Below, piece by piece: positions 37,912 to 51,522 of a stretch of DNA of 64,000 nucleotides. Origin of the DNA: Phoronis australis (lineage: Eukaryota > Animalia > Phoronida); assembly GCA_002633005.1 (NCBI GenBank), contig NMRA01000734.1:1-64000 (forward strand), given 5' to 3'. The notes under the pieces are model-generated. The model ran no database searches and was not told where the DNA came from. It saw only the letters and a program-made list of their open reading frames with translations. Position numbers and translations under genes: made by a program. The first letter of the stretch is position 1. Every line of letters begins with the position of its first letter.

Positions 37912-39299
37912 CATTTCCAACAACTTAAGTAACACGCAAAATATAACTAGATAAAAATTTTCGTCAAGTTATTCTCCGACTAAATATTTCTGTCCGAGTT
38001 GGTGTAATCACTAATTTGGAAATTTGGCAAGAATTAACGCGAGAACGTTTTGGACCACATTATATCTGAATTGAGTCCCATTCCTTGCGACCAACCATCA
38101 AGGCATTCTCATATCTGGTGTTACTAATTCCGTCTCACCTCAAAAACATAGAGCTGAGAGTCATTGTTGTGTACACAAATTTCCTTTCCCCCTGATTAAA
38201 CTGCGTTTACTGCGGGCCTTAATGAAAACTCCAGTGTCGACGCTTTCAAAATATCAAAAGTCCACCGTTCAAGAAATTCGAACCACCCCCTGCGCAATGC
38301 TGACTACGGGCCTGCAGGGCCACCCAAATGTACACCCGCGGTCGTGTTTTCTAAAAATTTTCCAAAAGTAAGCCCAAGGGCGTATTTTCGGTAACTGCAG
38401 CTATTGAAAATCTGATGGGTAGTTCTAAAATACTTATGTAATGTGTTTTGATGTGAAACTTTGCCTATTTTGGTAGACACATTTTGGTATCTCGATTTCA
38501 CTCGAATGACTTGCTATTTAACGAGATATTGTGTGACTAACCGTACTGGAACAGTATGAAGGATAGTCTTCAGTTAATGCGGCTGTGTCTGCTGAATGCG
38601 AATTAAATACGGGCAAATAAAATTATTTTTTCCATACATTTATTAGTAATGAATACATTTACAATACCACAAAAAGACAAGAACACGACATACACGCACA
38701 CACGCACACACACGCGTGCCCCACACCTAATCCTCTTGACTACTAAGAAAAACAGTTTCAAAGTTACACCACCTTTTTTGTACAAAGTCTGAATACAAAT
38801 CCTTACGAGTACTATACTTTTCACTCATATAATATTGTTTGATAAAGTTAAAAAATCTACTTAGAAGTAATCTTTTTGATCCGAACTGTTGGGTATAAAT
38901 AAACTGTTTACCCAATAATAAAACTATGTTTTTAAAAATTCCGTTTTTATCAAAAAAGCCAAAAATGACATTGTTGCAGGAGAGAGTGCCGACACATAGG
39001 AGATTTGCTTTGTTTAAAATTTCGTTATTAACTTTTTTCCAAAATGAATTTACCGTTTCACATTCAGTGTTTCAAAGTCTCTTTCGATTGTCCACAAAAG
39101 GAACAAGAGTCGTCATCCGTAACTTGAATTATTTTTGATAATGAGTTAGTAGTCAAACTTCTCGTCAAGAGTCTAAACTGAAGCCACCTAATTCTTGGAT
39201 CTCTTGTTGTGTTATACAGAAGGGAAGAAACATCTACCCATGAAAAATTATTTGTATTTACGTTAAGTTCTTTGGCTCATTTTGACTCCGCATTTGAGA

Positions 39300-39900
39300 C
39301 TTCGGAACTATAATTCAATTATGTACAAATATGTTGACATCCTCTCCCACCACTTTTCAGTTTCATTAAAATCGTTGGCATAACAGGACAATACACATCA
39401 AAACTAACAACTGTATCAATACCACATTTCTGTTGGTACTTAAATATCACTGAACTTAGACTATTATACTCCATAAAGTTCGTTTTGATATCTAAAACAT
39501 CCACAATAAATCTATAGTTCAAAATATTACCGTCTGGGGAAAACAAGTCCTTTATAAAGACTATGCCTCCATGGCACCAGTTCCTGTACAAAATACTTTT
39601 TGCCGCGGCCTGCAGGTAACTCCTAAACCATAAAGTTCGGTTAAGAAAATCTATCAGATTTTTGATCTTCAAACAATTTCCCAATGAGATTACACATTCA
39701 AAAAATCTTTCCAAAGGTGATTGACAATATTAAGCAAATTTATCTTAAGAACTTGAAAGACCCTTTGGTATCCGTCTTCAACTACCTCCCTAACGCTTAC
39801 AAGAACGACCTTGCCAGGTCATAGCCGAAAATTGTTAGTGCATTTGACAAGACCTTCGCACTCATAGCAAGGACTTTTAATGAAAGCCATATCCAAAGAT
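39300..39900 (-). mobile_element. Degenerate L1/Tx1-clade LINE ORF2 fragment (region C-terminal to RT)
   Basis: ORF 39319-39714 reads KSILYRNWCHGGIVFIKDLFSPDGNILNY...IKTNFMEYNSL, matching the recalled Tx1/L1 pattern (ksifykxWxxkGixxixDl...G.fl...ktnfleY.sl). Flanks are disrupted. Confidence 0.7.
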
Positions 39901-41640
39901 CTGTCAGATTCGATCTAGAAAATTTCACACAATGATAGCCACGTCTACCAAAACTATAACGAGAGTTCTCATTCTGAACCCATGTTTAATCCCATTTAGA
40001 TCTCAGATGGAAAGACTACAGAATCAAACAGCAGTAATAAGGTCTAGCAACACGATGCAACAACGCATTAACTATTTAATTCAAGGTAAATGCTACCAGG
40101 AATTACCTAAAATAGTCCAATGAGCAGATATTCGGAAAACGACCATTCAAAATGTCAAATGAAACCGAATATACGCCCGGGCGTGTTTTCGAAAACTGCG
40201 TCAAACATTTATGTGGAGTTTTAAAGCAAATAATTATTAATTATTCACTCAAGACCGCTTTCAAAAGTGAACAGACCTTCTGAAAATGTTGGTAGACCTT
40301 AAATTAGAAGTACTGTTGGTTCGTATTAATAAAGAATCAATGCAAAAAAATGGGCCCACGCATAAAAATGAGCAAATAAACGTTAGCTGTGTAGCTTTTT
40401 AAATAAATAAATATTAGAATGATTAATATGTTTTCATTCTGTAAGGCTTTAAAGATTAACATGTTAACAAAATTTGTAAACAGTCAGTCTAAGACGGCCC
40501 CTTTGTTTCATTTGATTTTTCCTGAAATTAGAAATTTCGCCAAGTATGGAGTTGACTTTCTTTAAGGCATTTTGGAGCCAGGCATGGCTTTTAGTTGTGT
40601 TCAGGAAGTTAAGCCTTCAAATGGTGACACCTAAGAGAATTGCGATCAAGATCCTGAAAATTTTCAAGTGACAGAAGACAACTTACTTGGCTCACGAAAG
40701 TGAACACTAACGATCGACACCACACAACTCAACGTTTCCGGAAGAACATCTCTAAAAGCCATGACTTTCTTACAAGCACAAGAAATTTTAAGTGTACTTT
40801 TCTGTTTCAAAATTGCATCCTGTGCTACTTAAACGTTAAGTTATCACGACTAAAAATCGTTGCTAAAGACGTGTCAGAGTAATCTAAACCAAGCAGAAAT
40901 TTTATATTAGATTGCACCACTTTGCATATTATACTGTGTCTAAGAAGAGAAATTGTTAACAAAATAACTTCATTAAATTGTGATTTAGGTTGACACACAC
41001 CGAAAATCAATACCATAAGTTACGCAGCACCCTAGCTGGCATATTAAATATACAGGAACAGCTGGTTCATTAATTTATTTCCCCTAAGGCAATAAAGAAA
41101 CAAACGCCATCTACGACAGGACCTGAAAATAAAGAATACTAAGAAACCGGATATGAACTGAAAATCAATGGACTGGAACCATGTCAATCCTAAAGTTTCA
41201 CTTCGAACCAGTCCCTATTCCCTTCCATGTTTTACCTCTTGTTAACAATTAAGTGCTGGCCGAATACGCTTTGGAAATTCAACATTTGCAACATCTCAAA
41301 CTGTAATGTCCTAGGCGCCTCGGTGCTATCTGAATCAAACAAGAATTTATTTACTTTATGACAGCATGTCATGAATATCCAAGCAATAAAAAAGCAGACT
41401 GGAGAAAGTCTATGGGTAATATTACAGTTTGCATAAAACAATCTCTAAAAAAGAAATCGCTAATTAAAATTTGCTTAACCAATGTCAGTTTATAGATTAC
41501 CACCTACGGAAATTGTCGATATCGATAACGTGAAGACAACTCAGCGCAAACTAAATCAAAAAGGATTTTTTGACAGTAAATTACATCACTTCGCATATTA
41601 TACATTTTCTAAAAACAGAAACTGGTAGCTTCACTAATTA

Positions 41641-43530
41641 GTGTTATCCCACATGACCTTGAATGTGTTACACCACGACTGGTTAACAACCTCGAGTACG
41701 TGTTTTTTATAATACATAGGCGAAGTACAAAGTAGAGCAAAGTAGAAATCCATCCGCCTTACATTCTATCGTCTGCAAAGTACTAATTGCCGAAACTCCG
41801 TGAAGGTGTCAAGGTTATGACTGATAAATACAGTGTCGCAACTGTACGTACTCGAAAGCACATGCAAAACAACTTCTTAAACGGACCCATCTTCGGCAGC
41901 GAATTCCATATTCATGATCACCCAAAAAGAAGACAAACAAGAAACGGGGCGAGACTGTCTAGCTGTGCAGTCTCAGATCAACTCAGTGCTCACTCGCAGG
42001 GAAGCCCTGCTGACTGTTATTTATCAACACATGTTAAGTTTAATATTACAACTTCAAAGACTATTTATCAGATTCTAACTTGAACATTTGTTACGAAAGC
42101 TAAATGCAATTTACAATTGTTAAGTTTAAAATAAAACTATAACAAATTAACAAAAAGTAACTGAGTTTACTTTACATTACACAAGCGTGTTTTTACAAAA
42201 GTTGCGTCATTTGGTTGAAAGTTTTAGACACGTCAAGTTTTTCGGCACAAAAGATCGTTTTTACGGTTCATGTGAGAAAAAATTCCACGCCTCGGGATTT
42301 TGACGAAATTTCCAAGAGGTTTAGTCCATGTCATAAATCTGAGATGATTGTATGATTCTCTATTTAAGTTACCCTGACCACGAATGAAAATCGCCGGAAG
42401 TGATAACATAAGGTAGGCTACCAGGCATTTTGCTTCTCATTGAACTCGGGCGTTCCTGAACTCCTGTTTCGTGCCATTTTTGTTCCTTTCATACCTGACG
42501 TTGTCCCGGGAATCCGCTATTGGTGGATAAAACGGTTGAAGATCAAACTGAACCAATCATTTTGTACGTTACACACGGCTTTGAGTTACCGGCTCATTCT
42601 ACACTAATTCAAGATCAGATGAGCCAACTAATCTTATCCTCTCTGTAAAGAATTCATCAATGAGAGCTAAATAGCAGTGAAATGCCCCTTTAATAGTTTA
42701 TGCGTTGGTGCATGCTGTTACTTCAACTTGTCACGCGATATCGGGGTTTCGCTGGGGCCCAAATCTCCCAATGCGTTTTTCCAAGTAACGGTGTTATTTA
42801 TTTTCTCACATGACCTGGAATGTGTTACGATACGACTGGTTAGTATCACCGAGTACATAATTTTTTGATATTACTTGGGCAAATCACAAAGTAATGCAAC
42901 ATAGAAATCCATACGCCTTACATTTTAATACTACAACCAAATGCGCGCCAACAAACAATACCGGAATTCCGAGAAGGTGACAAGGTTATGATTGACAAAT
43001 CGGGTGCCGCAACTGTACGTACTCCTTTTCGGAAAGACGTGCAAACAACTTCTTAAACGGACCCATCTTCGGCGATGAATTCCATATCGACGTTCATTCA
43101 AACGGAGATCGAACCTCAACTCAAAAAACGCGGCGAGCCAATCTAGCTTTGCTGTCTCAAGGTCAATTCAGTGCTCACGCGCGGGAAGTCTTGCTGACTT
43201 ATTTATAAACATAAGTTTTAATATTACAAGTTCAAAGACTATTTATTCGATTCTAACTTGAATTTTTGTTACGAAGGCGGAATGCAATTTACAATTGTTA
43301 AGCTTAAAATAAAACTATTAACAAAAAATAACTGAATTACTTTACATTGCGCAAGCGTGTTTTTACAAAAAAGTTTTAAATACTTCGAATTTATCGACCA
43401 AAAAGATAGTTTTTACGGTTCATGTGAGAAAATAAATCCCTCGGCAAGCCTCGGGATTTTGACGAAATTTCCAAGAGGTTTTGCCCATATCACAAACCTG
43501 AGACTCGTGTAGGATTCTCTATTTAATTTA
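41641..43530. repeat. Local direct duplication of ~730 bp (41641-42372 and 42791-43530)
   Basis: Colinear shared blocks, e.g. AACAACTTCTTAAACGGACCCATCTTCGGC and GCCTCGGGATTTTGACGAAATTTCCAAGAGGTTT, with many substitutions and indels. Confidence 0.9.
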
Positions 43531-44071
43531 CGGTAAAACTGGACTGAGAGCTTTTATCTGACTAGAGACACAAAACTTCTGTGAGAGGGGCCTAATGCAC
43601 GAACTATACAATATCTACCACGGAGTCCACATCATAAGCGAAAATCCGGCTTTTGCGTGTCCGATGTTCACTGAATATTATAGTGTTATGATTAATTCCA
43701 CGATGCATTTTGATAGCACGTGTCAGGAATGGGAGAGTCCATACCAATAATTCCGTGCTCAATCTACAAATGTATCACTCATTACTAATAATCATTAACT
43801 TGAACAGCAATACGTGGGTTCAGTAACCACAGCGACTAAAAGTTTAGACAAGTAATCCCGCATCTAATCGGCTCCAGAACAGATAAACCTATTTCGTCTA
43901 CCTATGTTTTTGAATTAACGACAGAATCTACTTGCAAACGACATGGACATTCACAGAGAGCAGTTTCTTTTTCTTATTTTACGAAACATTCAACTCACTT
44001 GAGAGCGAAACAAAAACTTTTTATGCTCCTACGTGAATGGAAGGACATCAGACACTTAATGGAATAGTAAG

Positions 44072-47000
44072 ATGGATTTGGATAGTATTGTGAAGCACAT
44101 CAAGTTGAACAGCTCAAACAAGCAACCCCACGATGAAGAGGCAAACAGAGAGCCAAGAACCAAGTACCCTCTAGCATTTAACAAGAGACTGTACCGGCGT
44201 AATGACCCTAAACACGATGCCGTTTTTCTTACCGCTGAAGCGCGATGGTTACTGGACAACGGCACGTCCTGTCTCGAAGGAAAGTCTCGAGAAGACCAGG
44301 ATCGAGTGATACGAAACGTAGTTGACAGTTTGAAGGCGGTTCATAAAAATTTGCTCGTAATAAAAGAGTGTTTGCCTCGAGTTCTGTCACTGGAACAATA
44401 CGGTCAATTTGAATACGTAGTTCATGACGACCAGGAAGAGGTTACTCCTTGTTACTTTATAATCCGGGGGTTGGTGGAAGTAACATATCCCTCTTCGCTA
44501 AGCGCGACTCTTGGTTCGCTTGATAAGGATTTAACTTACACACATGGCCCAGGTATGTAGTATAAAACTGGGTCATTTAAATGTGAATTTCCTGGCCCGT
44601 ACCTTATAACCAACACATGGAAACCGTGAAACGAACTGATAACCACTGTTCATTGGCTTGATAGAATTTGCTAATCGTCACTGTCCATAACGAACAGGGC
44701 CGTTCCGATAAAACTTTCCTACGTTCGGAGATAAGAAAGCGCGATGCGGAAAGTATATTTTTTAAAACAAGTGTGAGTAAAAGTATACAGGAGAGATATT
44801 ATTTAAATTATTTTGAAACTGTGTAAAATAAATTAAATCGAACCTATTAGTAATTTAAGTTCTTGTTGCCAGTACTCGAAATCATTATTGTCAAGGATTT
44901 TGATGGACATTTGAAACAATTTAATATATCAACACTGGGGCCCTAAAGAACACGTATTTGGCTTTTGCAGGAGAATATCTTGGCATGGTTTCCCATCGTG
45001 GACCAAAGTTTGACGACGACATTCCGACAACCATCTACACCAAGGAACCTTCCGAGTTACTTCGCATCGACCGCGTTCAGTTTCATGACATTTTGGCCGA
45101 GCTAAAATTAGGTCTCTCCCGCGAAGTTGAGAAATTTTTATCGACCAAAACGTTGTGGCTGGAGTCATTAGCAACTGACGATCGACATCAGTTAACACAG
45201 TCGATGGAAAAACAGGTATTTAGTGCAAATGATACATGAACGAGATGATTAGCTAAATCAGGGACACATCGATGCTAATTTTCAAAATAGTCGTATTACA
45301 TTTTCTGTCACTATCCTCTGAATTACCATTTCTGGTTCAAGACCGCGTTTCCATATCGACATTGGGATACGAAATATATGATAGCCAATATAGCAGGATA
45401 AATTTTCAGTCTTGTTTTAAGATACCAGGCGCGCAGATAGGGTCATGATCAGTGGGTGTCTGGTGATGGGCGGAAGTAAGAAGCATTTCGCATTCCCTAT
45501 AAACATGGGCGGCCCAGCACTGAAAAAAGTGGGGGACTATAGCCCTCCCAGTCCCCCTGCGGTGCCCCCAATTTGGCGAATTGGGCGGTGCCTCCCAATT
45601 TGGCGAAATGGCCAGAAAGGTCCGCATTTATGAAACAAAAAGTCTGAGCAAACGAGACAAAAGTCCACAGGAATTCGGCGCAGATGCACAATTTGTAGGC
45701 CTAAACCTGATGGGACCCGTTTCTTTTTTTAGGGCTCGTTGATTTTTTTTTTTCAGTAAAAGGTCTTCATACCGAAAAATTCGAGCCCCCCTTATATTTT
45801 AGGCTGAGTGCGTGCATTGCATGCAAGGGTCTCCTGTCAGCCGTCTAATTCTTAATATGGGGGGCTTCGGGGGCTCGAACGAGCCGCCAAATTTTGCGAA
45901 TTGGGCAAAAAGGTCCGCCTCAGTGAAAAAAAACGAGTAAACGACACAGAAAATCGGCGCAGATGCACAATTCGTAGGCCTGAACCTAGTGGCCTCGTTT
46001 TTTATTTAGTCCTCTTCAGTAAAAGGTCCCCAGATCGAGAAATTCGAACCTCCCTATATTGTAGACTGGGTGCGCGCATGCAGTGTTCTACAGTGACGGT
46101 TTCTAACAAATCGCTGTATTCACTGCAGGCAAAAGCAACCACTGTGATAAAATTTAACGGTTCATAAGTTTCGATCTTCCAACTACACAGTCTACCGACA
46201 AGACCTGAAAATGTAATGTAAACGGCGCGAAATGTCTGACATGCGCAACAGAACAGTACAGGCAAAACGAGGTTTATTAATTTTCAGAAATATTCAAACG
46301 ACCAAGTCATTCTACAGCAAGGTGTTGTCTCCGACTGGCTGTACGTTGTATGCGAAGGTGAGTCGAATTCCCGCTGTGAAACGAACCTTCCGGACTAGAG
46401 CTGTCTCGACTGAAACTGCTGACCTAGAAACCACAGACAGAGAACGCAGACCTAGACCCAGAAAACCCAGACTTGTGAGCTTGATTTGACACACAGGCTG
46501 GAAATTTCAAAGGTTTCAGTTGGCGGGCCCCTACACACCCTAGAGGAGGGGATTCATAACTTACTTTTCGCGCGTTTTCAATTTCCCAAACCCAAAGCAT
46601 TGTGCAACTGGTTGCTTTTATTCCCGCTATCCATGCTGCAAAGACAAATTTGACGACTTGTAACTATACGACAAAAAATCCTGTTACACTTAATCAGCAG
46701 GATTATTATTATTTGCGTAATTATGGCTTAAGGACTCTGTAGCATTACATTCTGACACCACAAAATACGACGCCAGGGAGTTTTTAACTCTGATAAATGA
46801 CCCCGGGTCTTCTTTAACAAGGTCAATGTTTAATCCGGACCCATGAGTCACTTTGAATGAAGAAGTGACGAGCTTGGACATCATAAAAACTGTCAGTGAA
46901 GTAGTAGCCCACTCTCGCTTAAAAAGTTTATCCTCTCGCATTTCCTAAGGAGGATTGACAAGGGATGATCACTATCAGACGCCAAACATGCGGCGTTGTT

Positions 47001-50000
47001 TGTTTCGTCGGCCCGTACCCCTCAGCATTTATCGATATCAAATGAGAATTAAACGACGAAGTATCACAAAACAACACCCCCGCCCCCCTTGCGCACCACG
47101 CCCAGGCTACCGGTCGTTGCCAGTTTTAAGCCGCTCTCCCACGCTATTCCACCGACGTACGACGATGACTCAACCGACGTCAATCTGTTATCTACGATTT
47201 GTGATTTGACTTATGCTGTCATAAAATAACAAAGAACGTTCCAACATTGCAGTGATATAAAGAAGATTGAGTGTAGGCGAAAATATTTCACCAACTTTGA
47301 CTCAGAAAAATTCGTGATATAACAGAGATAGCATACGTGAAGCAAAACGCTCCAAAAACTGCGTCACCACGACTGTCGAGAACGGCAGCTCCTGTCCACG
47401 ATCGTCTTTGGCAACACCCTAACTTCACAACATCATAAGATTAACTTTGAAGCCTTAGAAATAGATTTAACTCAGTAGACTTAAAAGTCCATCGGCGTTT
47501 AATGAAACTCTTTCGAGTAGCAAAGCTGGCATGATACATGTTGCTCACGACTGCTTTAGTAGACATTGCGCTTATTTTTAAAGGAAGTTGCAAGTACATA
47601 AGACGCCACGAGACACACCAGACGCCCACGTTCTTCGACCTCGGAATACTGCAACAAGGTAAACCAGACTATGAATCAGAGAGACATGTCTTTTATTTTT
47701 TCCAACATTTTTGTTTTTAGTTAATCAGTTCTATATTTAAAAGCCTTTCAAGGAAAATGTATGACAGAATAATGATTACATTTCCTCCCTAAGTAAAGGC
47801 CAAAAAAATCAAAATCGTGAAGCAGCCTGAGGAACTCGAATCAAGTTGTTCCCCCAAAATGCTTACCTTCTACGGGCTTGGACTAGATAGAGTCCAAATT
47901 GACTGAGAATGCACTGTTGATGTGCATGCGACGTCATATGCATTGGGGGTAAACCTGAAGCGTTCTTTTACGGGCATGGGTGACCGTTCAGGGCATCGAG
48001 AGGTAAAAAAGAGAGTCGAAATGACATCCATTTATCTCGGGTTGCCAAAATCTCCCCAGTTTGGACCAGCATTACCTTATTTTCATTGTGAAACTATTGT
48101 TTGTTTGGACCGCTTTAAATCAATTGCCGACAATGACATAAAAGTTGTTATAATGGCATGGGAGTTTTTGAAACCAGTTTGTTAAAGTCAGTCAGCTTAT
48201 TTCAAGTTTTCTATTTTTGTCTGTAACAGAGATGCATTGGTCTTATTATTAGTTTCCCGAGCCGACATTCATTCTTTCAGGCGAGGTGTTTGGGATTGAC
48301 AGCATCATACAGAATCGGCCCAGTTGCTGCTCTGTTGTCGCGATTTGGGGTGCTACGTGTTACAAGATTCACAGGTAAATTACGAAAAATAATCACATTA
48401 GCACAGAGATTGATAGTTAATAATTATTCCGTGGTCTGTTGAGTAAAATGTGAACCAGTGAGTTTGAGACGACGCATTATTTGATGATCGAATTCTTCGA
48501 ACCGTTCCTTCGTCAACGAATAAAATGAGACTTGCATACGAAAGAATTCTCGTCTGTGGAAATTACAGCAATCTCTGTAAAAATCTAGATTTTTAAGAAA
48601 AAAAGTGGCACATAATTACAAATATCTGGGCAATGTTTTTAAGCACATAATTAAATTCTGTGATCACCAAGGATTTCAAAAACATAAAGTTTCAAGGGTC
48701 TACATAATTATAAAGTTATTTTAGTAATTAGATCTTTGGTAACAAAAGTAGCCAAGTAAATTAACGCGTTGAAAACTATTTCCCAAGATAACCAGGAACC
48801 TGTGTTGACACCTAAAAACGGTTGCTGTCCCTTTAATTTCTGAAGGTTATAGTATTTTCGAAATTATTTAAAGGGCTATAAAATCAACGGCATCATGATT
48901 TTCATGATGTCTTTCTATTGAAACCTGGAGGAAGCAGTGTGGCCTAGTGTGATAGGTGTCTGCTTGCATTACTCACGGTTGTGGATTCGAGTCCCACTGT
49001 GTCACACTGCTAGACCCTTGAGTCAGGTTTCCAGCTCTTCAGCTCGTTTTAACTATATACTAATAAAGCATAAAAATAGTTCCTGGTGATTAGTGCAATG
49101 GGTTCACATGCGCGGCCTGCCCACGTCTGGTACAACGTGTATCAGACCGCCTGGAATTATTTTTTATATAAAATCAACATTTGATTTAGAACACTTACCG
49201 CTCTACAACTGGTCTCCACCGACATTGAGCGTGGTTTGGAAAATTGATAGTTCGTTGTTACCATTCTCGATGAATATAACGTGTGATAAGATGATTTGCA
49301 GTGCCTTGTCTCAGGTAAAAACGAACTCTATTTTTTTTCTCCCAAGACAACACATCACATCTAATTTGACTAAGAAACAAATTGAGATCAACTTCATAAC
49401 AGTACGTGAACTAAATCAAAAGGTAATTTTAAATTTCAGGAGCAAACAATGTTCATAGCTGCTTAATTTTTAATTAGTTTAAGTCATTGTTTAGTGTAGA
49501 GTTGGACCAATGTAGTCTCCATGCACGCGTCTGTGTGCGTGAAAAATCGCTCCCAGAGCGCTTCGTCGCTTACACGAACACGGACCCGCACACAGAACGG
49601 ATGGCACTATCGGTGATATAGACACGCGCTAGGATCACATATAAATGCTTGGCAGGTTTTAAACGACGACTACAGGGAACCCCGTGTGTATATTTGGATT
49701 TAATTTTTTTGAGTGGTTTCGATTCCTGAATTGCCATTTTCATAATATACGCCCCGGGATTATATGCGAAAAACTTCTCTGCTGTCTTATTCTGTTAGAA
49801 CCACGTGAAATAACCGACCTACACAAGTCACAAAACATGATGCATGAAGATCGCCCAAGCTGTATGTGAAATCTCTGCCGGCCTTTCTTGCAGACACGAT
49901 ATAAAGCCAATGTTTAACGATGAGCTCCTGCGTATATTGGAATCCAATCAACGAACTTTCCCTGCAGACGAGGAACTTTCTAATACGGCGCTAACCCACA

Positions 50001-50149
50001 CAGAATGGCAACGACGAAAAAATGAAGAGTTTATGAAAGTTCTATCTTCTGTCAATAGGTGGCCTCACTATGTCAAAGCGCTGAAGAGTCCGTGCACTCC
50101 ACGTTATCATAGAGAAAAGTGTGTATATATTGGTGGAATGAAGAAATGA
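44072..50149 (+). CDS. Cyclic-nucleotide-binding-domain protein (CNBD2/CNBD1-like) with two tandem CNB folds; 406 aa if it ends at 50149
   Basis: Exons 44072-44552, 44971-45215, 46288-46357, 47584-47658, 48281-48374 and 49894-50149 are GT-AG with matching phases. CNB signatures: CYFIIRGLVEV...GPGEYLG...TTIYTKEPSELLRIDRVQFHDIL and YSNDQVILQQGVVSDWLYVVCEGSC...LQQGEVFG...SVVA...CYKI. The C-terminal FPADEEL...EWQRRK resembles CNBD2. Confidence 0.8.
45590..46080 (+). mobile_element. Two tandem partial copies of MITE family C in an intron
   Basis: Shared internal sequence (AAAAGTCCAC, CGGCGCAGATGCACAATT, TTCAGTAAAAGGTC). Right ends GGCTGAGTGCGTGCAT (~45817) and CTGGGTGCGCGCATG (46080). Confidence 0.7.
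48931..49080 (+). mobile_element. tRNA-derived SINE
   Basis: Box A TGGCCTAGTG and box B GGATTCGAGTCC, followed by CCCTTGAGTCAGG resembling a SINE core. Confidence 0.55.
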
Positions 50150-50396
50150 CGTATGTTATGTTCCTACCTCCTCTTACTACGACGGGTCTGTAGTTTCAGA
50201 CCATCGTCGTTTCTTCTCACTCTCACGTCAGGTCTGTTGTTGCAGCCTACCTCCACCCCTGCACAGGTCTATCGTTGAAGCCTGCGCCACTAAGTTCTGT
50301 CCGAAGATTGTAGCCTTTTCAAAATCTCCATTCAGTGTTGCCACATACATTTTATCTGAGGTTTCATGGTTAACTCTGTATATTATTAGTTTCATT

Positions 50397-51522
50397 ATTA
50401 CTTGGCGAAATAAATTTCGCCAAGTATGTTGCTCTTCCACTAAGTTTGTTTTTACTTGGCGAAATAAATTTCGCCAAGTATGTTGCTCTTCCACTAAGTT
50501 TGTTTGTTTCCATTTAAAGGTTCAAATGCTTCTGGAGGCTACAATTTTTTACGTAGAAGGCTAAGAATCGGCACAGTAAATGGACCGGAAGCTTGCTACA
50601 AGTATAGCGGAAATTGTTTACTTCCGGCTAAAGATGGCGGAAATATCGGCGATCGCGCATGCGCACCTCGATTTTGGCTTAAAAACGTTTTCTCCTCTAG
50701 AGGGCGCATTATCAGACAAATTCCTTCGAATTTTTACAGGTATTAGTTTCTTGTAACATGCTATTATACAAAGCCAAAAAACCGGAAGTTGCATTCAAGA
50801 TGGCGGATATGGCGCATGTTGACCCATTTTCAGTCGTCTGGAGCGCGATTTTAAACGGGAAGAGAAAAAGACGTGATTTTTTGCATGTAGATTCTTTGAA
50901 GTATAATCTTTCAAATGACCTGTAACAATTTTTTTCTCAGACTTACCGTTTTCGAGTTATTAGACTTTGAATTTCTTAAAAAAAACCCAAAATTTCATTT
51001 TTTTCGAAAAATTTACGGAATTAGGTTATAACATCAGTTTAGATAGAATTTTGAACGGGCTTTCAGAAGATGTCTTCCATTTTTCGCTAGGACGTCTACT
51101 TTTCGAGATATTTGAGATTTTCTGATAACGCTGTTCCTTTGTTGAGCGCTCTTGCTGCATTGATGTTGGTATATCTTCTATTGAACTAGACTGTAGTCTA
51201 TTTCTTATTGATTTATGACATCTTAGTTCGTCCTATGAATGTTGTGATGTTGTTCATCATCGCCACCACCATCATCATATTCGTCATCATCATCATCATC
51301 ATCTTCGTCATCATCTCTGTCGTTGTCTTTTCCGTTAATTTCGCCAAGTGTCGCACAAGACTGTAGCCTTTTTCTTACTGATTTCGGACTTCTACGTTCG
51401 TCATGTGTATGTTATTAATACTTCTTTTGTTCACCATCGTCGTCATATTCGTCATCTTCGTCATCATCTTTATCGTCATCTGTTTGGTTAATTTCGCCAA
51501 GGTTCGCTCCTCGGAGCGCTTT
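50397..51522 (+). mobile_element. Helentron/DINE-1-like family A, copy 2, apparently full length
   Basis: The 5' hairpin is duplicated (50399-50426, 50453-50480) and the body is homologous to 140-700. The 3' part holds a duplicated ~170-bp unit with (CAT/CGT)n microsatellite, each ending in the subterminal repeat AATTTCGCCAAG (~51337, ~51490), then a hairpin CGCTCC-TC-GGAGCG and a T run. This is the canonical HINE layout. Confidence 0.75.

Larger units (their letters stand above)
36006..38314. mobile_element. Composite non-autonomous DNA transposon with 15-bp TIRs, an apparent 5-bp TSD and nested insertions
   Basis: Left CAGGCCTGTAGTCAG (36006-36020), right CTGACTACGGGCCTG (38300-38314), matching 14/15. 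CAGGG lies directly outside both ends. Confidence 0.55.

Noticed and set aside
48931-49010. Possible tRNA genes (also 37075-37145, minus)
   Set aside because: Box A/B are present but the stems do not form a full cloverleaf, and SINE-like tails follow.
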